A stretch of 64,000 nucleotides of DNA from a virus: the IMG/VR virus record IMGVR_UViG_3300026078_000023, positions 29,290-93,289 of that record; one strand, written 5' to 3'. Both the position numbers and the translations under genes were made by a program. Within the stretch, counting starts at the first letter, position 1; each line of letters opens with the position of its first letter. The notes under the pieces are model-generated. The model saw only the letters and a program-made list of their open reading frames with translations. It was not told the origin of the DNA and did no database searches. Shown in pieces: positions 17,627-26,083 of the stretch.

Positions 17627-18022
17627 TTAGGACCTGCTCTTGCGGCCCGGCGACGAGCCGTCCCCGCGCTCGCGGATCAGGCGCCGGCGGGTCTCGCTCG
17701 TCTCCCCGGGCGCCGACGAGGCCGCGGGCGCCGCCATGGCCCGCTCGATCTCGCGCGCTTCGACGAGCGCGAGGTCGCCCTGTCGCAGCAGTTCCGGCGC
17801 GAATTCCCTTACTGCGTCGTTGAAAAGCCGGAGAGCCTGGCTTTTGTGGACTCCGACAGCTCCGACAGCTCCTCCTTGAATCTCGAGTAGAGTGTCGAGA
17901 GCTCTCCGGAGTCGACGCCAGTGACGACGGCTCTCCTGGTCCTCCCGGAGACGACGGTTTGCTTCTTCGACACGCGCTGCCCTACCCACCCCCGCACTGC
18001 CGTTGCGATGTTCATCGGACAT
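17627..18022 (-). CDS. Hypothetical protein; a second ORF (17809-18015) is nested in another frame
   Basis: SD GGGGG; atypical codon usage over the nested part. Confidence 0.5.
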   Translation of the reverse strand: MSDEHRNGSAGVGRAARVEEANRRLREDQESRRHWRRLRRALDTLLEIQGGAVGAVGVHKSQALRLFNDAVREFAPELLRQGDLALVEAREIERAMAAPAASSAPGETSETRRRLIRERGDGSSPGRKSRS

Positions 18023-18055
18023 GTCCCCCGTCCATGTTGATGGGTGAAACGTAGA

Positions 18056-18703
18056 TCACTTGCCAGACGCTCCGCCGGAATTCGTCTGTGGCTGTTGAGG
18101 CGCCGGTGTCGGTGGAACTGGCACCACCTCGGGCGGCTTCGGCGGCGGTGCCGGCGGCGCTTCCTGGTTCTTCGGCGGCAGCGGCGGCGGCTCGAGCGGG
18201 ATCGGCTTGATGATCGCCGCCGGCCGCTTCACGCGCGCCGCGAGCTCGGCGGCGTTCTTCGCGGCATTCTCCTTGACCGCCTTCACCAGCCCCGGGTCGA
18301 TGCGCCGCCGAGCTGGGCGACCCTCCACGACGAAGTCCTGGGCGACGATCACCGCGCTCTGCGCCTTCTGGGTCTTCTCGATGGCGGCCAGGCGATCGTC
18401 CATCGCCTTGATGACCGGGCCCATCTTGTTCACGTCCTCGGCCAGGCTCATCCACCGCAGCCTGACCGCGCTCTCCGTCTCCTTCGTGACCTCGGCCGCC
18501 TTCTCGTCGACCTTGGCCGTCGTCTTGAGGTGCGCGAAGGCCCCGCCCGCGAGCAACGTCAGCAGCGGCCACAGGCCGCGCTCGAGGAAGAGGTGGAACC
18601 CCTTGCTTTCGCGCAGCTGCGCCAGCCAGCCGTCGGAGCCGTCGTCCTCGACTGCGCGCGCCCGCATGGGGGACGGCGGGGTCTGGCGATCGTCGGTGTT
18701 CAC
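18056..18703 (-). CDS. Membrane-anchored coiled-coil protein, possible inner-membrane spanin
   Basis: TM segment LWPLLTLLAGGAFA, coiled coil, Pro-rich tail; directly after the holin. Confidence 0.5.
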   Translation of the reverse strand: MNTDDRQTPPSPMRARAVEDDGSDGWLAQLRESKGFHLFLERGLWPLLTLLAGGAFAHLKTTAKVDEKAAEVTKETESAVRLRWMSLAEDVNKMGPVIKAMDDRLAAIEKTQKAQSAVIVAQDFVVEGRPARRRIDPGLVKAVKENAAKNAAELAARVKRPAAIIKPIPLEPPPLPPKNQEAPPAPPPKPPEVVPVPPTPAPQQPQTNSGGASGK

Positions 18704-19161
18704 GTGCTACCGGCGACGGGCGCCACGGGGACCGCGTTGGCAGCAGCCACGCGCGCCAGCTTCATCTGGTCGTAGGCCGATTCGATCTTGGCCAGCAGGT
18801 CAGACGTCACCGCCGCCGCGGTCATCGCCTTGAGCTTCTGCATGTCGTCGACGTCCTTGGCGGCGACCTGCCGGAGCTTCGCCAGGGCCGTGCTGCGCAG
18901 GGCCTCCTGGTCGGCGGAGTCGATCTTCCCGTCGCCGGCCCTGGCGGCGAGCTCCTTGTAGGTCGTCGCGGCCACCTCGCGGACGATCTCGGCGGCCGAG
19001 TCGGTCACGCGGTCGAGCACGCCCCGGAGCTGCTCGTTCTTCGTCTTCGCGGCGACCAGCTTCTTCACCTCGAGCACGATGAGCGGCATCAGGATGCCCA
19101 TGACCGCGCCGAGCGCCGGGATGACCACCTCGACGATGAACTTCAAGACGGCCTGGTTCAT
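18700..19161 (-). CDS. Holin (LL-H-like)
   Basis: Single N-terminal TM, then VTDSAAEIVREV..T..ELA..AGDGKI...AKIESAY; leaderless promoter. Confidence 0.7.
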   Translation of the reverse strand: MNQAVLKFIVEVVIPALGAVMGILMPLIVLEVKKLVAAKTKNEQLRGVLDRVTDSAAEIVREVAATTYKELAARAGDGKIDSADQEALRSTALAKLRQVAAKDVDDMQKLKAMTAAAVTSDLLAKIESAYDQMKLARVAAANAVPVAPVAGST

Positions 19162-19208
19162 TCGCCCGATGATGGAGCACGCGGCCTGCGCCGCGCAAAT
19201 TTCGCCGA

Positions 19209-19469
19209 CTACTGCTGGCAGGCGTCCCACTGCGCGCAAGTCCGCGCCGCGGTGAGGCATCCGACGGGGTAAGTGAACACGCCGGAGGCGACCACGTTCT
19301 CGCACGCCTGGTCGCAGAGCGGGCCGACGTCCGGGCAGTGCATCGACTGGGCGTTCTGGCACGCGGTCGCGCACGTGGCGCCCTCGACGGGCGGGGGGAG
19401 CGGAGTCGGCGGCGGGACGACGGTGGCGCAGCCGGCGGCGAGGAAGACGAGGACGAGTAGCTTCGGCAT
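19209..19469 (-). CDS. Small Cys-rich lipoprotein
   Basis: MPKLLVLVFLAAG-C lipobox, Pro linker, 8 further Cys. Confidence 0.75.
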   Translation of the reverse strand: MPKLLVLVFLAAGCATVVPPPTPLPPPVEGATCATACQNAQSMHCPDVGPLCDQACENVVASGVFTYPVGCLTAARTCAQWDACQQ

Positions 19470-20279
19470 CTAGAACCCCCTGTAACGCGGGACGCTGTAC
19501 GCGACCCACAGGTCATCGGTCCGGTCGTCCTCGACGTAGTCCCAGCTCATGTCGAAGTACCCGCCCTGGAACACGCCGGGGCCCCAGGACGTCAGGGTCC
19601 GGACGGCCTCCGGGCTGTGCCCGCACCAGACCATGGCGTGGCCGCCGGCGATCTTGTCGGACGGTCCGGGCGGCTCGGCGATCCCGGACTTCCCCAGCTC
19701 GCCACCGCAGAACGCCTCCGACACGTCGGTCCCGAACACCACCAGGTGGCCGGCGCCGAGGGAGCGCTTGACGTCGTCGACGCGCTGGCCGCCGGTGCTC
19801 AAGATCCGACGGTAGTCGACCTCCGGCCGCGGCCCATCGGCCACGCTCTGGGGGAAGGCCGCCTCCATGACCTGCAGCGGCGGGCGGCGCCTCCACCGGT
19901 CGTCGTCCGTCGTGTACGGCCACGCCGTCTCGGGGGCGAACCCGAACGTGTTCATCCCCTGGAACGCCAGGTGAATGAAGGCGCCGGCGTCCTCGTCCTG
20001 CTCGCCGGCGATGGCGCGGGCGAGCCAGTAGATCGCCCACCGCGACGGCAGCGGCGTCGAGGCCGGCGCGCCGGCGACGAGCTGGCCGCCGCGGATCAGG
20101 TTGGCGGAGGAGTTGCCGACGCAGGACGAGTAGGGGCCCTGGTCGACGACCTCGGTCAGGGAAACCAGGGTGGACCGCTCGGGGACCTCCCCGCCGTTGA
20201 GCCTGTGCGCGGCGAAGGGCCGCGTCCTGTCCCCGCCGTTCGGCGGGCGCTTGTACCCGGTCTGTCGGATCGTCGTCAC
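19470..20279 (-). CDS. Papain-like (C1A) cysteine peptidase
   Basis: DQGPYSSCVGNS (Gln/Cys), GGHAM (His), TSWG in place of NSWG, GYFDMSWDY. Confidence 0.85.
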   Translation of the reverse strand: MTTIRQTGYKRPPNGGDRTRPFAAHRLNGGEVPERSTLVSLTEVVDQGPYSSCVGNSSANLIRGGQLVAGAPASTPLPSRWAIYWLARAIAGEQDEDAGAFIHLAFQGMNTFGFAPETAWPYTTDDDRWRRRPPLQVMEAAFPQSVADGPRPEVDYRRILSTGGQRVDDVKRSLGAGHLVVFGTDVSEAFCGGELGKSGIAEPPGPSDKIAGGHAMVWCGHSPEAVRTLTSWGPGVFQGGYFDMSWDYVEDDRTDDLWVAYSVPRYRGF

Positions 20280-20599
20280 GCGGACCCCCTCGCTGCCACG
20301 ACCAGCTCGGCCGCGACGGTTGGTTCGATCTCGAATCGGAGCGCGGTCATCGCGACGGCCTCCGCCGCGTGCATGCGGGCGTGGGTCGCGACGGAGGCGC
20401 GCGCTGATGCCTCCCCGGCGGCCTCGGCGATCCGCCGCTGGACGAGGATCCGATTGGCCCCGCCGAGGAACACGTCGAACCCGAGCTCGACCAGGAGCTG
20501 GGCGCCGGCGGCCGTGAGCGACACGGCGGGGATCCCGAGGTGCTTGGCCACCTCGAGCGCGTCCTCGATCACCTTCTGGACGACGCGTGGGTCAGCCAC
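20276..20599 (-). CDS. Hypothetical protein
   Basis: Coupled ORF VADPRVVQKV... Confidence 0.55.
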   Translation of the reverse strand: MADPRVVQKVIEDALEVAKHLGIPAVSLTAAGAQLLVELGFDVFLGGANRILVQRRIAEAAGEASARASVATHARMHAAEAVAMTALRFEIEPTVAAELVVAARGSA

Positions 20600-20759
20600 C
20601 GGGGGCACCGGTGGTCTTCCAGATCACGAATCCCGTCCCGATGACGAACGCCACGAACGCGACCAACAGGACCACCTCGAACATGACCTGCGCGCGCGGG
20701 CTGACCCCGCACTCGTGGTCAGGGGGGGACGAGACGTCGTAGTCGCGGTCGACGGGCAC
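20592..20759 (-). CDS. 55-aa single-TM membrane protein (not in the ORF track)
   Basis: Hand translation VPVDRDYDVSSPPDHECGVSPRAQVMFEVVLLVAFVAFVIGTGFVIWKTTGAPGG*. Confidence 0.5.
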   Translation of the reverse strand: MPVDRDYDVSSPPDHECGVSPRAQVMFEVVLLVAFVAFVIGTGFVIWKTTGAPGG

Positions 20760-20763
20760 CTGG

Positions 20764-21237
20764 TCAGGCCCCGAAGACGAGCGGCTCGGGGACCACGAAC
20801 CCGCCTGACGGTGCGGCCCCGGCCCTGCCCCCGGGCGTGGCGCGCCTGACGCCGTACGGTCCCAAGATCGCGAGGGCGTCGTTGTAGAGCCCCTTGAAGT
20901 CGCCGAACGCCAGGTCGACCTGGGCCCGCGTCAGCTCGGTGATCCCGTCGCACGTCCGGACGGCAGCGTCGATCGCCACCTTCGTCTTGGCGAACAGGGC
21001 GTCCAGGTCCTTTCGCTTGGCGGGGTCCAGGTTGATGGTCTGAGAGACCGACTCGAGCACGCCGACCACGAGGAGCGCGTCCTGGGCGTACTTCTGGACG
21101 TCGACCTTCGCGATGACGTCGGTCACCGGCTTGACAGTCGCGCAGCCGGGACTCGAGACGATCGAGGCGGTGCCGGCGACGGCGGCCATGGTGCCGATGA
21201 TTGCGGCGGCGATGACGGGGAAGCGCGGTGGTCTCAT
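20764..21237 (-). CDS. Putative lipoprotein
   Basis: Hydrophobic signal ending in SSPG-C, helical mature domain; TTGACA leaderless promoter. Confidence 0.65.
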   Translation of the reverse strand: MRPPRFPVIAAAIIGTMAAVAGTASIVSSPGCATVKPVTDVIAKVDVQKYAQDALLVVGVLESVSQTINLDPAKRKDLDALFAKTKVAIDAAVRTCDGITELTRAQVDLAFGDFKGLYNDALAILGPYGVRRATPGGRAGAAPSGGFVVPEPLVFGA

Positions 21238-21289
21238 GCCGACGATGCTGCGCCGGCCGAGGCGCAGCTGTCAACGTCCGGCCGCGGCG

Positions 21290-21766
21290 CTACTCGTCGC
21301 CGGCCGGCTTGGAGTCGGACTTGCGGGCCTCGAGCACCTCGTCGATCGGGGGCAGTTCCTGCTGCTCGGAGGCCTTGGACGCGGCCACCTCGGCGGCTCG
21401 AGCGGCGGCTTGCTCGGCGTCCCTGGCGGCGGCGGCGATCTCGGCGTCGCGGGCGGCGACGGCGGCCGCGCGGGCGACGTCACCGGGGTGGTTGACGAGC
21501 TCGACGATCTCCCACTCCTTGGACTCGAACTCCGGCGCGGTGGCGTGCCAGTCGTGGAGCCGGTGGCCGGTGTCCGTGAAGACGCCGATCGTGTCGGCCC
21601 CGGCGGCGCCGGCGATCCCGACGTACCCCATTGCGATCGGGCCCGAGTACTGGCCGGCGGGCGTCTGCACGTTCGGGGCGGTCCAGTTGGCGTGCCGGGC
21701 GAACTTCCCGTTCTTGATTGCCTCCTGGACCTGCTTCCAGCCCTTGCCCTTCGCGATCGTCTTCAT
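21290..21766 (-). CDS. DUF2829/Tad2-like protein (candidate anti-defence nucleotide sponge)
   Basis: WKQVQEAIKNGKFARHANW ... DWHATAPEFESKEWEIVE matches the family pattern F..AL.ALK.G..V.R.GW ... W.ASQ.D.LA.DW.IV. Confidence 0.6.
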   Translation of the reverse strand: MKTIAKGKGWKQVQEAIKNGKFARHANWTAPNVQTPAGQYSGPIAMGYVGIAGAAGADTIGVFTDTGHRLHDWHATAPEFESKEWEIVELVNHPGDVARAAAVAARDAEIAAAARDAEQAAARAAEVAASKASEQQELPPIDEVLEARKSDSKPAGDE

Positions 21767-21805
21767 GGCAACGGAGTGTAGTACAGGACCGGGCCCGCCG
21801 GATAT

Positions 21806-22474
21806 TCAGGCGAACGCCCGGCCGCCGCCCGCGGCCGGATCGTGGTCCTCGCGCCAGGAGCGCGACACGCGCCCCTCGAGACCCCCGTTGCCCACCGCGC
21901 TCGCGGCGCCGACGTGCTGCACGAGGGAGGGCACCACGATCGCGTAGGACAGGCCCAGCGTCGCGCCCAGCAGGGCGAGCTGGTTGTCCGAGCCAACCCG
22001 GTCGAATGACGTGCAGCCCATGTAGCGCATGAGCCCGCACGTCCGCAGCGGGAACTTGATGGCCTGCGCGTAGACGAAGCCCTCCGGCCGCCGCGAGACC
22101 CACAGGCCGTGGGGCATCTCCCACGTGCTGCCGATGTCAAAGAGGCTCACCCAGGCGACGTCATGCGGGACCTGCAGTATCTCCGCGCAGCGCGCACCGT
22201 TGCGGCACCAGCGCACGTCGTCCTCGACGGCGATCAGATCTTCGCCGGCCTCGTAGGCGAGGCTGGCGGCGCGCCAGAGCGTCCACCGGTTGTCCGGCGT
22301 GGCGGTGGCCGGCCGCTCGAAGGCGTCGAGGGTCCAGCCCTTGGGCAGCTCGCCAACGGGGGACAGCGAGTCGCTCACGACCACGCGGCGGCCCTCGGCC
22401 GAGGCGTCCGTCGAGGCGAGCGTGGCTGCGAGGTACGAGGCTCCCGGGCGCGGGTGGGTGAGGACGGCGATCAC
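21806..22474 (-). CDS. GT-A fold glycosyltransferase
   Basis: IAVLTHPR..SYL..TL, LIAVEDD (DxD-like), YAQAIKFP, PSLVQHVGAAS. Confidence 0.7.
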   Translation of the reverse strand: MIAVLTHPRPGASYLAATLASTDASAEGRRVVVSDSLSPVGELPKGWTLDAFERPATATPDNRWTLWRAASLAYEAGEDLIAVEDDVRWCRNGARCAEILQVPHDVAWVSLFDIGSTWEMPHGLWVSRRPEGFVYAQAIKFPLRTCGLMRYMGCTSFDRVGSDNQLALLGATLGLSYAIVVPSLVQHVGAASAVGNGGLEGRVSRSWREDHDPAAGGGRAFA

Positions 22475-24015
22475 TCCTGGAACCTCCCCGTGATGTACAG
22501 GCCGATGGCGCCGCTGTTGATCGTTCCGGAGGCGACGGAGATGCGGATCCCCACGATGTCGCCCGCGGAAAAGACTTGCGTCGACGTGGCAGTACCCCCC
22601 GCGGTCGAGCCGGCGAAGAACGTCCCCAGGGTAATGACGGGCGTTCCGTTGAGGACGACTTGGACGCTGTACGTGGGCGAGCCGGTGCCCGCCAGCGTGT
22701 TCAGCATGATGTCGAACGCCCAGTCCTGCGCGGTGCTGTCGTTGGGGACGCGGAAACCGAAGAACGACGTCGCAAACTCAGTGATGTAACCGACGCCGAT
22801 GTAGAACGACGAGCTCGCAAGCGTGGTTCCGGGGAAGCCGCTGCGGCAGCCCCAGGTCAGGCTGTACTGCTTCCCCACCTTGAAGGTCGACGCCGAGAAT
22901 TTCGCCGGCCCGGAGACGGTCAACTCCTGTATGGTCCCCGGACCGAGACTTCCGCTACCGAGCAGGACGTTCGCCGAGCTGGTCGTTTGGATCTTGGTGT
23001 AACTGACGGTGTTGTTGCCATACGCCCCCGTGGCCAATTGGCCGAACCCGAGGAAGCCACCGCTCTCGCGCAGCGCGAAACTTGTGCTCGAGCTCGTCGC
23101 GATGTCCGCCCTCGCGCCCGTTGAGCCGCCTGCCACGCCGAGCACGGAGAGGGCGGACCCGTTGGCGACGGCCACCGTGGGGTTCGCGGCGGTGCCACCG
23201 ATGGTGATCTGAGAGCCCCCCGTCACCGACAGGACGCCGGTGTTGTTCACGACGGGGTTGGTCCCCGTGCCCGTGATCGAGATGCCGGTACCGGCCGTCA
23301 CCGACGCCACGCCGGCCCCGGAGGTGAAGTCGACGAAGGCCGCGGTCCCGTTGTCGACGAGGGTGAACTTGTTCGAGAACTGCAGGTTCGTGTGGTGGGT
23401 GATCGGCGTCCCGGACGAGTCCCTGGTGTTGACCACGCCGCCGTTGATCACGACGGGCGACGCCGGGGATCCGGTGATCGAGATGCCGGACCCGGCGTTG
23501 ACCAGCAGGACGCCGGTGTTGTTGACGACCGGGTTGGTCCCCGTGCCCGTGATGCTGATGCCGGTACCGGCCGTCACCGACGCCACGCCTGTCGTCCCTG
23601 GGACTGCCGGGTAGTTCACCATCACCCAGGCCCCGGACGCCCCCAGCGAGGTGTCGTACCGGAACGTGTAGATCGTGTTCGCGGTCGTGGTGACGTTGGC
23701 GCCGCCGATGAGGAGCATCGGCCGCTCGCTGCCCGACGGGGCTGAGTTGTGGGTGAGGACCTTCGGGGCCTCGGTCAGGAAGTCGACGTGCTGACCGTCC
23801 GAGACGCCGCCGGCGTCGATCCGGAAGATCGTCGTCAGGCCGGCGCCCGTGATGTGGAAGTAGTCGCCCGGGTAGGACGGGATCAGCGCCGCCGACGCGG
23901 CGATGTCCGGGCCGCGCCGGAACTCGCCCTGGATGGTGAAGTCGGTCAAGGACTGCGACTTGGCGGTGTTGTTCTCGCCGTGCAGCCGGAGTCCCTGTGT
24001 CGTGATGAATCCCAT
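22471..24015 (-). CDS. Tail fibre-like protein with V.SV.AG.GISI.GT..NP repeats
   Basis: Four repeat units, Ser/Thr/Gly-rich, beta-sandwich C-terminus; lies after the baseplate genes. Confidence 0.75.
   Translation of the reverse strand: MGFITTQGLRLHGENNTAKSQSLTDFTIQGEFRRGPDIAASAALIPSYPGDYFHITGAGLTTIFRIDAGGVSDGQHVDFLTEAPKVLTHNSAPSGSERPMLLIGGANVTTTANTIYTFRYDTSLGASGAWVMVNYPAVPGTTGVASVTAGTGISITGTGTNPVVNNTGVLLVNAGSGISITGSPASPVVINGGVVNTRDSSGTPITHHTNLQFSNKFTLVDNGTAAFVDFTSGAGVASVTAGTGISITGTGTNPVVNNTGVLSVTGGSQITIGGTAANPTVAVANGSALSVLGVAGGSTGARADIATSSSTSFALRESGGFLGFGQLATGAYGNNTVSYTKIQTTSSANVLLGSGSLGPGTIQELTVSGPAKFSASTFKVGKQYSLTWGCRSGFPGTTLASSSFYIGVGYITEFATSFFGFRVPNDSTAQDWAFDIMLNTLAGTGSPTYSVQVVLNGTPVITLGTFFAGSTAGGTATSTQVFSAGDIVGIRISVASGTINSGAIGLYITGRFQE
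23231..23589. repeat. ~83-bp direct repeat (23231-23313 / 23507-23589)
   Basis: Both copies encode GVASVTAGTGISITGTGTNPVVNNTGVL and differ only synonymously. Confidence 0.85.
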
Positions 24016-24022
24016 CGTCTAC

Positions 24023-26077
24023 TCAGTAGGAGGAGAACCCGGCGTTCTTGCCGACCTGCCAGATCGGCAGGTCCGACCAGTTGTAGTTGGTGCCCGTGAC
24101 GAGGAGCTGACTCGCGGCCGACGTCGTCGCCGTGAACGCGGTCGACGGCGAGGGATTCGACGACGAGAGCTTGGACCCCGGGTCGAGGATGTTCACGATG
24201 AAACCGGTGTTGCTGGACCCGAAGATCCCGTCCACCGACGCCTGCGCGCCGCCGATCACCTGGATCGCCGAGGCCGAGCAGTCGAACACGTAGAGCGTCC
24301 CCAGGCGACCGTTGCAGCCGACCAGGAGCTGGCAGCTGCCGGTCTTCGCGATCAGGTTAGTGTTCACCTGGAGGTTGCCGGTCCATGCCGACATGAACGC
24401 CGACGAGAGCCACAGGCAACGGTTCGGGGCGGTGGTCCCGGAGAAGGTGAAGCTCCCGACGTTCACGCAGCCCTGGACCACGCAGCCGGACGGGACCGAG
24501 GCGCCCGACGCGCGCCACCCGCAGTGCCGGATCTGGGCCTGGCCGCCGGCGACCTTGTCCAGGTCCAGCAGGACCAGGTGGCAGTTCAGGGTCGTGACCC
24601 CAGCGTTGGAGACCGGGAGGATGACGGACGGGAACTTCGGGAGCGAGAGGACCTCGTAGTTGTCCCCGCTCACGAACGACGCAGAGGCCGTGCCGGCGGC
24701 GGTCGTCGCCGGCCAGCCGTTCGTCGGGGAGATCTCCGCGGTCTTGGCCACGTTCTCGTAGCCCATCGCCGCGTACTTCAGCCCGTCCGTCCTCCTGATG
24801 ATCCGCGACCCGGAAGAGGTGGACAGGCACCCGGACGCCGACCAGGACGTCGGCAGGGACGAGTCGGAGACGGTCCACGGCGCGTCGGCCGCGCCGGTCA
24901 GCGTCCCTGACCGGACCACCGTCGGGACGCCCACGAACAGCAGGGGGTTCGCCGTGTATGACCCGACCTGTGTCCCGTGCATGATGGGGGTCAGGTTCAA
25001 GGAGGCGTGCGCCGTGTCGCTCATCCACCGGACGGTGGTGGCCTGGGCCAGGGCCACCCCTTTCACGCGGCGCACGAACTCGTCGGCGGTCCGGAGCGGG
25101 TGGGTGTCGTCGACCCCGGTCTGCTCGTCGGTGGCGACGCCCGAGACGTTGGCCTCGTCGATGCTCCACGTCGCCTGGGTCTGCCAGATCTGGCTCGGGA
25201 ACCCGAGCCGGATCCACCGGCCCAGGGCACCACCGTCTGCCAGGACCGTGATGCCGTCGACGATCGCCGACGAGCCGGGGACGAACACGAAGAAGTCGTG
25301 CAGCGTCAGGACCTCGCAGATGTGGCAGTCGCTCGTCAGGAAGACCGACGTGTCGATCGCCACCATCCCGGTCAGGTTGGTGCGCCGGAACAGCGTGTTC
25401 GCTGCGCCGCCGCCACCGCCGCCGCTCGAGTTGATGATCGGGTTCTGGGCGGTGCCCGTGATGCTAATGTTCGTTCCGGCGCTGATGGTCAGGACGCCGG
25501 CGTTGTTGATGACCGGGTTCGTCACGGTCCCGGTGACTGAGATCCCCGTGCCGGCCGTGACGGTGTCGACGCCGCCCCCGCCCCCGGCGTTCTGGCGGAA
25601 GTACTCCAGCCACCGGATCGCCTGGGTCTTCCACCCCTGGCTGATGTTCGCCTTCTCGGTGTCCTCGGTGGACTCGAAGCCGCCCATCTTCCGGAGCGGC
25701 AGCGGCGTCCCGCCCGGACCCGTCACGAACAGGCCCGACAGGCGCGCCAGGAGCACCACCCGGCGGGTCTCGCCGGGAGACCCCGGGTTGATGACCGCCT
25801 CGAGGACGTACGTCCCGTCCGTGTGGTAGACGCCGTCGTTCGCGTCGACCGTGAACGAGCACGACGAGGCGTAGGCCAGGGTGATCGGCTCCGGGCCGGC
25901 GCCGCCGACCACCGACCCCTCGGGCCGACCCTTCAGGACCCACTTGACCGTGCTGACGCCGACCATCGAGGTCAGCGAGGCGGTCACCACGTCGCCGGCG
26001 GCGAGGTCCTCGCGGTACCCGATGACGGCGGGGCCGCCGTTCCTGGTGCTCTGTACCTGTACCGACTCGAAGGCCAT
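24023..26077 (-). CDS. Tail fibre/tailspike-like protein
   Basis: Two copies of the same repeat, FVFVP..S..VDGITV..G..GRW module, beta-helix-like C-terminus. Confidence 0.7.
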   Translation of the reverse strand: MAFESVQVQSTRNGGPAVIGYREDLAAGDVVTASLTSMVGVSTVKWVLKGRPEGSVVGGAGPEPITLAYASSCSFTVDANDGVYHTDGTYVLEAVINPGSPGETRRVVLLARLSGLFVTGPGGTPLPLRKMGGFESTEDTEKANISQGWKTQAIRWLEYFRQNAGGGGGVDTVTAGTGISVTGTVTNPVINNAGVLTISAGTNISITGTAQNPIINSSGGGGGGAANTLFRRTNLTGMVAIDTSVFLTSDCHICEVLTLHDFFVFVPGSSAIVDGITVLADGGALGRWIRLGFPSQIWQTQATWSIDEANVSGVATDEQTGVDDTHPLRTADEFVRRVKGVALAQATTVRWMSDTAHASLNLTPIMHGTQVGSYTANPLLFVGVPTVVRSGTLTGAADAPWTVSDSSLPTSWSASGCLSTSSGSRIIRRTDGLKYAAMGYENVAKTAEISPTNGWPATTAAGTASASFVSGDNYEVLSLPKFPSVILPVSNAGVTTLNCHLVLLDLDKVAGGQAQIRHCGWRASGASVPSGCVVQGCVNVGSFTFSGTTAPNRCLWLSSAFMSAWTGNLQVNTNLIAKTGSCQLLVGCNGRLGTLYVFDCSASAIQVIGGAQASVDGIFGSSNTGFIVNILDPGSKLSSSNPSPSTAFTATTSAASQLLVTGTNYNWSDLPIWQVGKNAGFSSY

Positions 26078-26083
26078 CGCCGC

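Noticed and set aside
23231-23589. Repeat pair as the TR/VR of a diversity-generating retroelement
   Set aside because: The differences are synonymous rather than adenine-specific, both copies are in the same ORF, and there is no reverse transcriptase in the window.
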